A DNA stretch of 48,896 bases from Candidatus Spyradenecus sp. (GTDB lineage: Bacteria; Verrucomicrobiota; Kiritimatiellia; RFP12; DVOR01): contig JAZRAG010000073.1 of the NCBI GenBank assembly GCA_045634445.1, positions 1 to 48,896 on the forward strand, read 5' to 3'. The notes below the pieces were generated by a model, which saw only the letters and a list, made by a program, of their open reading frames with translations, did not search any database and had not been told where the DNA came from. Positions 9,427 through 18,217 of this stretch are shown here, one piece after another (position 1 is the stretch's first letter; the number at the start of each line of letters is the position of its first letter). The translations under genes were made by a program, and so were the position numbers.

Positions 9427-11297
9427 TTGGCCCCCCATTCCATCACATCGGCAGCCTCAATTTCAACCGCCTTACAACCACGTTTGTAGAGAATTTCAAG
9501 CGGCGGCAACTCCTCCTGCGAATACGCAACCTGCTTGCCATATCCACCAGAAGACCACTCTAAATGCGTTCCCTTGGGGAAATTCAATGTTGTCAGCACC
9601 GCGTCTCCATCTTCATTCCCTTCGCCACCATCCAAACGGAAGTGTGCGTAAGCCTCCTGCAGAGGCGCTGCGACCAATTCAAAGGGCGGCAACACCAACT
9701 GTTCATTCTCGCCCACTTGCAACGTCAGCGCCTTTACAGACATTGAAAGGTTACCCGTTGTAGAAGGATTCTTCAAGCGAATCTCTAATGCCGCCGGGCC
9801 TTTCGCGGGGACGTGAAGCGTTAAGATGGGGTCAATCTTTCCGACCACGCTCACCTTAGAAACATCTGTAATCGGCTTCACCCAATTCGTTAAAATGCTA
9901 TTCAAACGCTCCTCTGCATAAATCTGCGCAATACGCTTGACCACGCGGTCATAACGCGCAGTCCCAAATCCTGGCACAGACTTATCAAGCGCCAATTTGT
10001 CTAAAAGCGTCCACCCCTTCTCATTACGCACCATCAAATTCGCACGACGCCCCTTTAAAACGCGAAAACGTGAAAAGGCGCGTTCGCTATCCGTAAAGTC
10101 TAAATCAACCACCTTCCATACGAGCGGTTTGAATTCACCCGCTGTGCGCGCGCACGTTTCAATCGCAGTAACAATGTTATCGCGTGGAGCACCCTTCTGC
10201 AGCCAAAAGGCTTGTAAAGCCGCAACATCCCGCTGTTCTACTGGAATTAAATTCCATAAGGGCAGAACCATACTGGCATTGGCAGCCCCCTCAGGCGCAT
10301 TCTGAATCGCACACCGCAAAGCAGGCCACACATCTTTTGGGAGCAATTGGCGTTCCTTTAAAAAGTCAATCAACGTAGGCGACCCAGCCGCCAGAACTTT
10401 ATTGAGTGCATCATCTTGGAGAGTAGCCCCCTTCGCACACAATTCGTCAAATAAGGCATAAGCCTCCTTCTCAAGCGCGATGGACAACACCGTTTCGCCT
10501 GAACGATTCGCAACAGTGACATCCGCACCCTTTTCAAGCAATGTCTTAACCATCTGCTTCGCATTGCACCGTACAGCCAACAAGAGTGGCGTATCGCCTG
10601 TACGCTTGGATGCACGGTTAATCTCCGCACCCGCCTCAATCAATGCGTTTAACGCAAAATCCTTCTCCGCGCACATCATCAGCGGCGTAATGCCATCAGC
10701 ACCCTCAATATTCACATTAGCGCCAGCTGCAATTAAACGGTTCACACAGGCCGTCTGCCCCTTCGCGACCGCGATCATCAGCGGCGTACGCATCCGCATC
10801 CCATCCCACGCATCAACCTGCGCCTTCTGTTCAAGCAAGACCTCCATCACCTCAGTATTGCCACGAAATGCCGCGTAATGCAAAGGCGTCTGCCCTTGAA
10901 AATCCTGCATCATCACATCCGCACCCATTTCAATCAAACCCGCGATACAGCCCACGCGCTCCTGAGAAATCGCCTCCGCAAAAATCACATCTAACGCATT
11001 TGGTGCGACTTTCTCAGCCAAGAGTAAGTCACTCAATGCGCCAAAATCATCCGCAGCCAAGTGAGACAATACATCCTCGCGAATCTCCGCAGGAATATCC
11101 CCAAACACACGAAATGCCGCACCCGAATCTTGACCAAGATTCATCGAATACTGCAAATCCGACAAATCTCCCAAATCAAAGACAAAATGCGCTTCACCTA
11201 AAGCAGACGAAGCCGCCATTAACATAAAAACTGCACCTATCCAACCTTTCATACCCAACATCCCTTCAAAAACACGTCGTAAAATAAAACTACTCAT
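9423..11297 (-). CDS. Secreted ankyrin-repeat protein with C-terminal beta-rich domain
   Basis: GQTPLHYAA, RTPLMIAV, GITPLMM, GDTPLLLA ankyrin repeats; signal-like MKGWIGAVFMLMAASSALG (true start may be a downstream Met). Confidence 0.9.
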   Translation of the reverse strand: MSSFILRRVFEGMLGMKGWIGAVFMLMAASSALGEAHFVFDLGDLSDLQYSMNLGQDSGAAFRVFGDIPAEIREDVLSHLAADDFGALSDLLLAEKVAPNALDVIFAEAISQERVGCIAGLIEMGADVMMQDFQGQTPLHYAAFRGNTEVMEVLLEQKAQVDAWDGMRMRTPLMIAVAKGQTACVNRLIAAGANVNIEGADGITPLMMCAEKDFALNALIEAGAEINRASKRTGDTPLLLAVRCNAKQMVKTLLEKGADVTVANRSGETVLSIALEKEAYALFDELCAKGATLQDDALNKVLAAGSPTLIDFLKERQLLPKDVWPALRCAIQNAPEGAANASMVLPLWNLIPVEQRDVAALQAFWLQKGAPRDNIVTAIETCARTAGEFKPLVWKVVDLDFTDSERAFSRFRVLKGRRANLMVRNEKGWTLLDKLALDKSVPGFGTARYDRVVKRIAQIYAEERLNSILTNWVKPITDVSKVSVVGKIDPILTLHVPAKGPAALEIRLKNPSTTGNLSMSVKALTLQVGENEQLVLPPFELVAAPLQEAYAHFRLDGGEGNEDGDAVLTTLNFPKGTHLEWSSGGYGKQVAYSQEELPPLEILYKRGCKAVEIEAADVMEWGAK

Positions 11298-11305
11298 ACA
11301 CTCAT

Positions 11306-11334
11306 ATCATACAACACATCTCCGCAACTGTCCA
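11306..11334 (-). promoter_or_regulatory. Candidate promoter of the ankyrin operon
   Basis: TGGACA-17bp-TATGAT on the minus strand, next to the 15-bp repeat. Confidence 0.45.
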
Positions 11335-11340
11335 CTCTAT

Positions 11341-11355
11341 TTTTAGCCATCGAGC
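11341..11355 (+). repeat. 15-bp direct repeat, right copy
   Basis: TTTTAGCCATCGAGC, identical to 5831-5845. Confidence 0.75.
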
Positions 11356-11563
11356 TGAAAAGTGCACAATGTATTTGCGCAGGGAAAAAGGTGAAGTCAA
11401 GAAAGAGAGTTCAACAGTCAAGGAAAATGAAGGGAGATATCTCTACGCCCCTCGGGGGGCGGCGCACCAAGATGAAAAATGTCAGTATTCCTGCTATGAT
11501 TTGTGTTGCGAAAAACAAACAAGAGCGGAGTACTGACGTGCAAAAGAATACCAAATCTAAACA

Positions 11564-11846
11564 CATTGTTTTCACTTCTTCGGCCTTTCGTACTATTTTC
11601 TAGAATTTTCTAGACAGGGCTAAAAAGTCCCCGGCCAAAAATTGTACTATTTAAGATATCTTCCCGAGAGGAAATTTCCCCTTAAAATAATTGGCCCCCA
11701 AAAAATTGTACTGTTTAAATTTTGCATGAATAGTACGAATTGTACTGATTTCAAGCCTAAAGTTGCCGGCCATAAAATATTCAAGATAAGTTACTGTAAA
11801 TGAATAAGTTACGGCTGGGCAAATATAGTACGGAATAATGAAGAAT
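11564..11846 (-). repeat. Dispersed ~300-bp AT-rich element, copy 2 (inverted)
   Basis: Reverse complement is colinear with copies 1 and 3; extra perfect 14-bp IR AATATAGTACGGAA (11822-11835) / TTCCGTACTATATT (11876-11889). Confidence 0.95.
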
Positions 11847-11946
11847 TAATACCTAATGATTTCACTTTCCAATATTTCCGTACTATATTGAAAACTGAAA
11901 TATGTTATGGCGCAAAAAGATTTGGGCACGGCAAAGACAAGTGTCT

Positions 11947-12076
11947 ACTACTCTATTGCAACATACTCACGAGCACTCTCATACCCACACACGAACATAC
12001 ACATGGTAAGGACAATTCAAATCACGAACATCCTCACGGAGAAATGCCGCATAACCATTTACATTTGAATGAGTAA
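11947..12076 (+). pseudogene. Frameshifted His-rich C-terminal tail remnant (resembles tails of some EamA/DMT or metal-binding proteins)
   Basis: TTLLQHTHEHSHTH, a frameshift near 11988, then HEHTHGKDNSNHEHPHGEMPHNHLHLNE*; no upstream gene body. Confidence 0.55.
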
Positions 12077-12153
12077 TGCATTTTCTTATATACATTAATC
12101 TAGCGCCACTTTTTAGTCTTTACAATTCTCTGTTTTAGGCAATTTTTAATCAT

Positions 12154-12219
12154 TTTTGAAAACAGGTTGTTTTGACCTTTAAAAAGGCTTGTTTTGATTT
12201 TGAAAACAGGTTGTTTTGT
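12154..12219 (-). repeat. 3 x 22-bp iteron-like tandem repeat (TCAAAACAACC family)
   Basis: TTTTGAAAACAGGTTGTTTTGA / CCTTTAAAAAGGCTTGTTTTGA / TTTTGAAAACAGGTTGTTTTGT. Confidence 0.85.
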
Positions 12220-12258
12220 TTTTTAGTCATAAAAGGCGCTTTCTCGCGCGTATGCGTG

Positions 12259-12287
12259 TAGACAAGCGCGCGTGCGTTTGCTATAAT
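12259..12287 (+). promoter_or_regulatory. Promoter of the folP-ligA operon (extended -10)
   Basis: TAGACA-17bp-TATAAT with TG at 12279-12280; ATG is 7 nt after the -10. Confidence 0.75.
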
Positions 12288-12294
12288 GTGCGTT

Positions 12295-13170
12295 ATGAGT
12301 CAGGCAGTAAAAGTAAAGTCTTGGATGTGTGGTGGGCGAACCCTTTCTTTGGGTTCGCCGCTTGTAATGGGCATTCTGAATGTGACGCCTGACTCGTTTT
12401 TTGAGGGGAGCCGTGTCGCAGAGGTGGATGCGGCGGTGGCACGTGGGGTGGCTTTTTATCAGGCGGGGGCCGCGCTTTTGGATGTGGGCGCAGAATCAAC
12501 GCGTCCAGGCGCGACGCCGCTTTCGGTGGATGAGGAATGTGATCGTTTAATTCCCGTCATCTCTGCTTTACGTGCGGCTTTGCCAAACGCTTTACTCTCT
12601 GCTGATACGCGCCATACCGTAACGGCGCGTGCGGCTTTAGAGGCGGGCGTGGATATCATCAATGATGTCTCTGGGTGCGCTCCTGATGAGGGCATGTTAC
12701 AACTCGTCGCAACTTCTGGCGTTGGTTATGTTTTGACGCACGCGATGGGTAGTGCTTCCGCTGGCACGCTTTTAGATGATCCGCAGAGATGCACGGATAC
12801 GGTGATTGCTGAATTGCTCACGGCAGCGCATCACGCTGAATCAATCGGTGTGAAGCCCGAACAGATTCAACTTGACCCTGGGCTTGGCTTTGCCAAAACG
12901 GCGGCAGTGTCTACGCAGTTGCTCAAAGATACGGCGCGCTTTTGTGCGCTCCCCTACTCTGTGATGATTGGCGCTTCGCGAAAGCGCTTCTTAGGTGAGT
13001 TGACAGGGCAAACGGATGCGACTGCGCGTGGTGCGGCAAGTATTGGGGCAGCGCTTTTGGCTGCAGCTGCGGGCGCAGATGTGATTCGTGTGCATGATGT
13101 GCGCGAAACGGTAGATGCTTTAACGGTTTTTTCGCTTTTGAATCAAACAACGCAAACTGAGGGCAATTGA
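12295..13170 (+). CDS. folP: Dihydropteroate synthase
   Basis: MGILNVTPDSF, DVGAESTRPG, DIINDVSG, DPGLGFAK, GASRKRF, IRVHDV motifs. Confidence 0.95.
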   Translation: MSQAVKVKSWMCGGRTLSLGSPLVMGILNVTPDSFFEGSRVAEVDAAVARGVAFYQAGAALLDVGAESTRPGATPLSVDEECDRLIPVISALRAALPNALLSADTRHTVTARAALEAGVDIINDVSGCAPDEGMLQLVATSGVGYVLTHAMGSASAGTLLDDPQRCTDTVIAELLTAAHHAESIGVKPEQIQLDPGLGFAKTAAVSTQLLKDTARFCALPYSVMIGASRKRFLGELTGQTDATARGAASIGAALLAAAAGADVIRVHDVRETVDALTVFSLLNQTTQTEGN

Positions 13171-13171
13171 C

Positions 13172-14038
13172 ATGTTTGAAGGTTGGTGGCCAAGTTTAAT
13201 GGACGCGCTCCAGATTTTACTTCTGGCGACGGGGATTTATTATCTCTTTCGTTATTTGAGGGGCACGCGCGCGGCACAGATTCTCTTAGGGGTGGCTGTC
13301 TTATTGATTGCAATCTTCTTAGCGACAACGTTGTTGGAACTCGATGTGATTGGCGTGTTATTGCGTTGGGTTACGCTCTTCTTACTTGTGGCGTTAGTGG
13401 TGGTCTTCCATCCAGAACTCCGTCGCGTGTTGTCCATCTTTGGGCGCAATACCTACATTCAGCTTCTGCAGGGGCGTGTACCTGAAACGCCGGCAGAACG
13501 CGTTGTGCGCGCAACGCGTAGTTTGGCGCAACGCCGTTTAGGGGCCTTGATTGCAATTGAACGTTCGGTTTCGTTAGACCGTTGGCGTGAGACAGGCGTA
13601 GAATTAGATGCGTTGTTAAGTGAAGAATTAATGATTTCCATCTTTACGCCCCCATTGCCGCTGCATGATGGCGGCGTGATCCTCTATAGGGATCGTATTC
13701 GCGCAGCGCACTGCATCTTCCCGCTTGATAACGAATTGAGCATTGAAGGCGTGGGCACGCGCCATCGTGCCGCATTGACACTCTCGGTGGAGTGTGACGC
13801 AATCGTCCTCATCGTCTCGGAAGAACGTGGTCAGATTTCTGTAGCGCGCGATGGTTACTTGATTCGCAATCTCTCAGACCGACAGCTTGAGCGTATTTTA
13901 CGCGCAGCCTTTGTGCCAGAAAACGAACAGCGTAACTTCTTTAAGGCGGTTTTTGGTCAAAAGATCCACATTCCGTGGTTATTGCGCCCCTTTATTTCGC
14001 TAAAGTCGATTCAGAATCAGGAGGACGCCAATGCGTAA
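13172..14038 (+). CDS. cdaA: Membrane-anchored diadenylate cyclase (CdaA/DacA)
   Basis: Three N-terminal TM helices, VVFHPELRR, GALIAIER, PLHDGG and GTRHRAA DAC motifs, VSEERG. Confidence 0.93.
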   Translation: MFEGWWPSLMDALQILLLATGIYYLFRYLRGTRAAQILLGVAVLLIAIFLATTLLELDVIGVLLRWVTLFLLVALVVVFHPELRRVLSIFGRNTYIQLLQGRVPETPAERVVRATRSLAQRRLGALIAIERSVSLDRWRETGVELDALLSEELMISIFTPPLPLHDGGVILYRDRIRAAHCIFPLDNELSIEGVGTRHRAALTLSVECDAIVLIVSEERGQISVARDGYLIRNLSDRQLERILRAAFVPENEQRNFFKAVFGQKIHIPWLLRPFISLKSIQNQEDANA

Positions 14039-15014
14039 TCCTTTACCCATTATCTTCAACAACTGGCTATGGAAGCTCGTTGCACTCGGATTGGCGGTGA
14101 TTGTCTTCTCGGCAGTGCGCCGCACAATCAGTTATCGTCAAACATTAACCCTCACTGTGGAAGCCGAAACCGTTGAAGGCGCCCAAGCTTTAACAGGGTT
14201 TGAGCCAGGTGTGGTTACGGTAACCTTCCGCGGATCTGAATCCACTATTCGTAAACTTGCATTAGCAGGTAGTGATGCGCCGCGCCTGCGTGTGAAATTG
14301 CGCAACTTACCAGATGACACCTCTACGATGCCAGTGAAACTCTCTCGTAGCGATGTAAAGTGCGAAAGCGGATTACGCGTTGTTTCCATTGAGCCTAATA
14401 TCGTGGAAGCCTCGTTTGACACAAGTGCCACGCGTAAGATTGACGTAGCTGAGCCCATTGTCAATGGCATGCCGAATAACGCCTCGGTTTTGGTGGAAAT
14501 CGAACCCAAAACCGTGGAAATCACTGGTTCTCGCATGTTGCTTGAAGAACTTGAAGCCGCGCAAACACAGTTAGCTACGGCGATTTTGGATGTTTCGGGG
14601 CGCTCTGAAGGGTTTCACACCGTGCTAAAAGTGCTCCCGCCTGACAATCGTGGCGGGTGGACACTCAAGCCAGACACTGTTCAAGCGAAGGTCCGTTTCG
14701 TGCGTGAAGACATTGAAAAAACCTTTAAGAAGGTACCCGTGCGCCTTTTCCAATCGGCCAAGAACTTGCATTACGCTTCAGAAACTGAAACAGTGGAAGT
14801 AACCGTGCAAGGTGCACGCCGTGACTTACTCGCGATTGAGCCAACCTCAGTTTTCGTAATGGTGGGCGACAGTGAAAATGTAACATCCAATGATGCACAG
14901 CGTCTTGAATGTGAACCTCTTGTCGTACTCCCCTGTACCAATCGTGTGAACCGCGTGGAAGTTTCACCTCCGCGTATTTGGTTAACCCCCATTTCTAAGG
15001 ATGCTACGCTATGA
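14031..15014 (+). CDS. cdaR: YbbR-domain protein (CdaR-like regulator)
   Basis: N-terminal NWLWKLVALGLAV TM segment; repeated PxxVxVxG YbbR-type motifs; directly after cdaA. Confidence 0.85.
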   Translation: MRNPLPIIFNNWLWKLVALGLAVIVFSAVRRTISYRQTLTLTVEAETVEGAQALTGFEPGVVTVTFRGSESTIRKLALAGSDAPRLRVKLRNLPDDTSTMPVKLSRSDVKCESGLRVVSIEPNIVEASFDTSATRKIDVAEPIVNGMPNNASVLVEIEPKTVEITGSRMLLEELEAAQTQLATAILDVSGRSEGFHTVLKVLPPDNRGGWTLKPDTVQAKVRFVREDIEKTFKKVPVRLFQSAKNLHYASETETVEVTVQGARRDLLAIEPTSVFVMVGDSENVTSNDAQRLECEPLVVLPCTNRVNRVEVSPPRIWLTPISKDATL

Positions 15015-16402
15015 GATTAACCCCTTCGCAACGGCGTTGGATTTTCTGCGCCACGCTTTGTGCCGTTTTAGCGACGACTGCGGCAGTCTTGATTGACGCA
15101 CTTCTCACCCAATGGCGCCCATCTTTGAGCCTAAACACGCTCTACGCAGAAGGTGCACTCTCCGAACGAAGCCGCGCCACGCTCTCTGAAACAACGGGTG
15201 TCATCTCGGTAGATAGCCTCTTACCCGAAGATTCGCCGGCAGCACGCCCCGTGGGACAACTCTTACGTCGGTTTGAGATTGCGTCCCACGAATTGGCAGG
15301 TGCAAATCTTGAGATTACGTATATTGATCCGCGCGTCTCTCCGCAAGATGCGGCACGCTTAATGGCTCTCGGCGCACGTGGCACTGGTATTTTGATTCGC
15401 CAAGCAGGACGTCATGCCTTTGTGCCTGAGCATGCCCTTCTCTCCGAAAATGGCGCTTACCATGCTGCAGATGCAGAAGAAGCGATTGCAGCAGGATTTG
15501 CGCGTTTGTCACGTAAAGATGGCGTACAGATCGGTTGGCTCACTGGTCATGGCGAACCCTCCTATGCGCTCACCGACCCCTTAGACGGCTTCTCTGGTTT
15601 CCGTCGTGCTCTTGAAAACGAAGGTTGCCAATTGCGCGATGTGCAGTTGCCCCCTAATCCACAAACGAGTGATATTCCCTCCGATGTGAGCGTTTTAGCC
15701 ATCGTGGCCCCCCGCTTCCCCATTACCGAAGCCGAACGTGCCACGCTCTCCGATTGGTTAGATCGTGGTGGTCGTATTATGTGTTTCTTGCCAGCTGGAG
15801 ATGATGCAGGTTTGGCAGCACTCTTAGAACAGTGGGGTGTACGCGTAGGTGCAACGCCACGTGTGGGCTTAACCACCACCGCTGGCGGCGCCTCGGCCAC
15901 CGACCTCTTGGATAAACGTCACCCCGTGACCAACGAATTAGCAGGTGCTGCATCGGTCTACTTCAGCGCGCCACGTTTGCTTTACCCCTTTGACGTGCGT
16001 GGCATTCGCACCACAGACCTTGTACAACTGCCGTTGCAGCCGCTCTATGACCGCCTTGTTTTAGGTCCACCAGAGATGGGCACCGTAATTTTGGCTGCCG
16101 AACGTGGAAGTACCGTAGCCGATGACTTAGGCTTCCGCCCTGGCCGTTTACTCGTCGTGGGTGACGCCACCTTTATTACCAATCGTTACCTTCTGAATCA
16201 CGCCTCTGCCAATCGTGACTTAGCAATCAATACAGTCCGTTGGCTCACAGGCCTCTCTGGTAGCGGTGCACGCGGCGCAACAAATGTCCTAAGTTTGGAT
16301 ATTAGCCAACGTCATTGGCGCATTCTTTATCTTGTAATGGGCGCATTACTGCCCTTAGTCTTCTGCATTGTGATTCGCCTTTTACTCTGGAGGGGCATAT
16401 GA
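15011..16402 (+). CDS. GldG-like / ABC_transp_aux membrane-anchored protein
   Basis: N- and C-terminal TM helices; WLTGHGE; LAIVAP...WLDRGGR; GRLLVVGDATF...ANRDLAINTVRWL. Confidence 0.82.
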   Translation: MRLTPSQRRWIFCATLCAVLATTAAVLIDALLTQWRPSLSLNTLYAEGALSERSRATLSETTGVISVDSLLPEDSPAARPVGQLLRRFEIASHELAGANLEITYIDPRVSPQDAARLMALGARGTGILIRQAGRHAFVPEHALLSENGAYHAADAEEAIAAGFARLSRKDGVQIGWLTGHGEPSYALTDPLDGFSGFRRALENEGCQLRDVQLPPNPQTSDIPSDVSVLAIVAPRFPITEAERATLSDWLDRGGRIMCFLPAGDDAGLAALLEQWGVRVGATPRVGLTTTAGGASATDLLDKRHPVTNELAGAASVYFSAPRLLYPFDVRGIRTTDLVQLPLQPLYDRLVLGPPEMGTVILAAERGSTVADDLGFRPGRLLVVGDATFITNRYLLNHASANRDLAINTVRWLTGLSGSGARGATNVLSLDISQRHWRILYLVMGALLPLVFCIVIRLLLWRGI

Positions 16403-18216
16403 GATTTGGCAGAAATATCACCATTTTAACATTATTGGTGTTGGTACTCGCAGGAGTGCTCATTGGGAATCGTTGCATCAATCCAACGCGCCGCATTCTC
16501 GCAGGCGACCGCATCTTCCCAATGTTGGCAGACTCCATCACCTCGATTCAGTGGGATGTTCAAGACGAGGATGGCAAACCGCTAACCGTCCAGTTAGCAC
16601 GTCAAGGCACCTTCTGGAAAATGGAAGCGCCTTACAATGGAATGCTCTGCGACCGTGCCGCTATTAATGCACTCTTGGATCAAATCCAAAACCTCAAGGT
16701 CGCAGCAGTTGTTGACACCCCAGCAGCGCAACACTTTGTGGATGCTCGTACCCTTGTTGTCGCCACGCCTGAAAAACGCATCTCCTGTGCGTTTGGTGAA
16801 AAGCCCACAATGGAACTCACCCAACAGCTAGCCCATTGCGACAATCGCGTGATTGCCGTCAAGACTGCAGACATTGATGACTTCCCTACCTCGGCACACC
16901 AACTCTTTGGTCGCGAGATTTTACCCTTACCTGCAGAACGCATCACCGCAATTGAATGGCGTTCAAGCGGCAAGCCCTTCGTTAGCGCCCAAAAGAAGAA
17001 TGACGCCATCTGGACTGTTACCCAGCCCTTCGCCTTCGAACCCAATCCCGACGAAGTTGCACGCGTCTTGAAGTTGCTCACCAATCCTCAAACAATTACG
17101 GCTTACATTCGTCCGGCACCCAGTGAAAACAGCTTGGCGATGCTCTCAGAAACGATGTTGGCCCCCTACGGATTAGACGAAGAGTACGCGATTCGCGTGG
17201 TGATTCGCCTCAAAGGCTTTAGCGAACCTCTGCAGTTGCGCTTTGGTAAGCCCGATTCAATGCGTCCCAATCACGTTTACTGTTTGCTGAACGATCGCCA
17301 GTCTGTGGTATCCGTTTCGGAAAAGATTCAACACATCTTCACAGAAGAAGGCCCCTTTGTTGCGAGCCATGAAGATTTGCCCCTCTTAGGCGATGTTTCA
17401 AACCCGACCTCCATTAAGATCATTGGCCGCAGCGCAGATGAAGTAACACAACTCACCAAAAAGCAGTCCATTTGGGAAATCGCCACCCCCACCATTTTGC
17501 CTGCAGACCCCATTGCCACCGAAACCCTCTTACAATCCATCTTGGCCTTAACAGGTGACTTGACTGAATCGCAGGAATTAATGGACTCTGCACGCATCTG
17601 CACTGTTGAATTAGGCCGCCCCAAAGATAACAAGATGGCCCAGCTCGTCTTCTATCGCGGCAAAACTGCAGGCGAACTCTTTGCCTTCCGTCCGGAATCT
17701 GGGCGTTTGTATGTGCTCCCTGAAGCCGCATTGCCCACGGCGTTATTCGCAGAAGCTGGCGCACGTAATCGCACCTTATTAGACCGCACCATCCTTGCGA
17801 TTCCTGCAGAAAACATCCGACGTATCACGGTTCACTTCGCAGACGAACTCGTCGAAACCGTAGGACGTGCGCCTAAAGAAGAAACTTGGCAAACCGAATT
17901 CCCGCAAGGTGCCTACGTTAAGTCTCTCTTAATAAAGGACTGGACTGCACTCTTTGCAGATCTCAAAGCTGTGGCCGTCCTTGAAAGCGCCGCATCCTTC
18001 CTCGAGATGAAACGTTACGGGCTAACGCATCCCGCCATGAAGATTACCCTTGATCTCAATGAAGAAGCCAACGCATTACGCCGCATCTTATTGATTGGTC
18101 AAGAAAAGAATGGCAAAGTACCCGTGATGATTCAAGGCCGACCCTTGATTTACGAACTTGCACCTGAAACGGTTAGACTTCTCCAAACCTCCTTAACCAC
18201 TTCTGAAGAAGAGTAA
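16399..18216 (+). CDS. DUF4340-like exported protein with multiple repeats
   Basis: N-terminal TM/signal; WKMEAP, YGLDE and YGLTHP motifs; typical partner of GldG-like genes; ATGA overlap with the upstream gene. Confidence 0.75.
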   Translation: MRFGRNITILTLLVLVLAGVLIGNRCINPTRRILAGDRIFPMLADSITSIQWDVQDEDGKPLTVQLARQGTFWKMEAPYNGMLCDRAAINALLDQIQNLKVAAVVDTPAAQHFVDARTLVVATPEKRISCAFGEKPTMELTQQLAHCDNRVIAVKTADIDDFPTSAHQLFGREILPLPAERITAIEWRSSGKPFVSAQKKNDAIWTVTQPFAFEPNPDEVARVLKLLTNPQTITAYIRPAPSENSLAMLSETMLAPYGLDEEYAIRVVIRLKGFSEPLQLRFGKPDSMRPNHVYCLLNDRQSVVSVSEKIQHIFTEEGPFVASHEDLPLLGDVSNPTSIKIIGRSADEVTQLTKKQSIWEIATPTILPADPIATETLLQSILALTGDLTESQELMDSARICTVELGRPKDNKMAQLVFYRGKTAGELFAFRPESGRLYVLPEAALPTALFAEAGARNRTLLDRTILAIPAENIRRITVHFADELVETVGRAPKEETWQTEFPQGAYVKSLLIKDWTALFADLKAVAVLESAASFLEMKRYGLTHPAMKITLDLNEEANALRRILLIGQEKNGKVPVMIQGRPLIYELAPETVRLLQTSLTTSEEE

Positions 18217-18217
18217 G

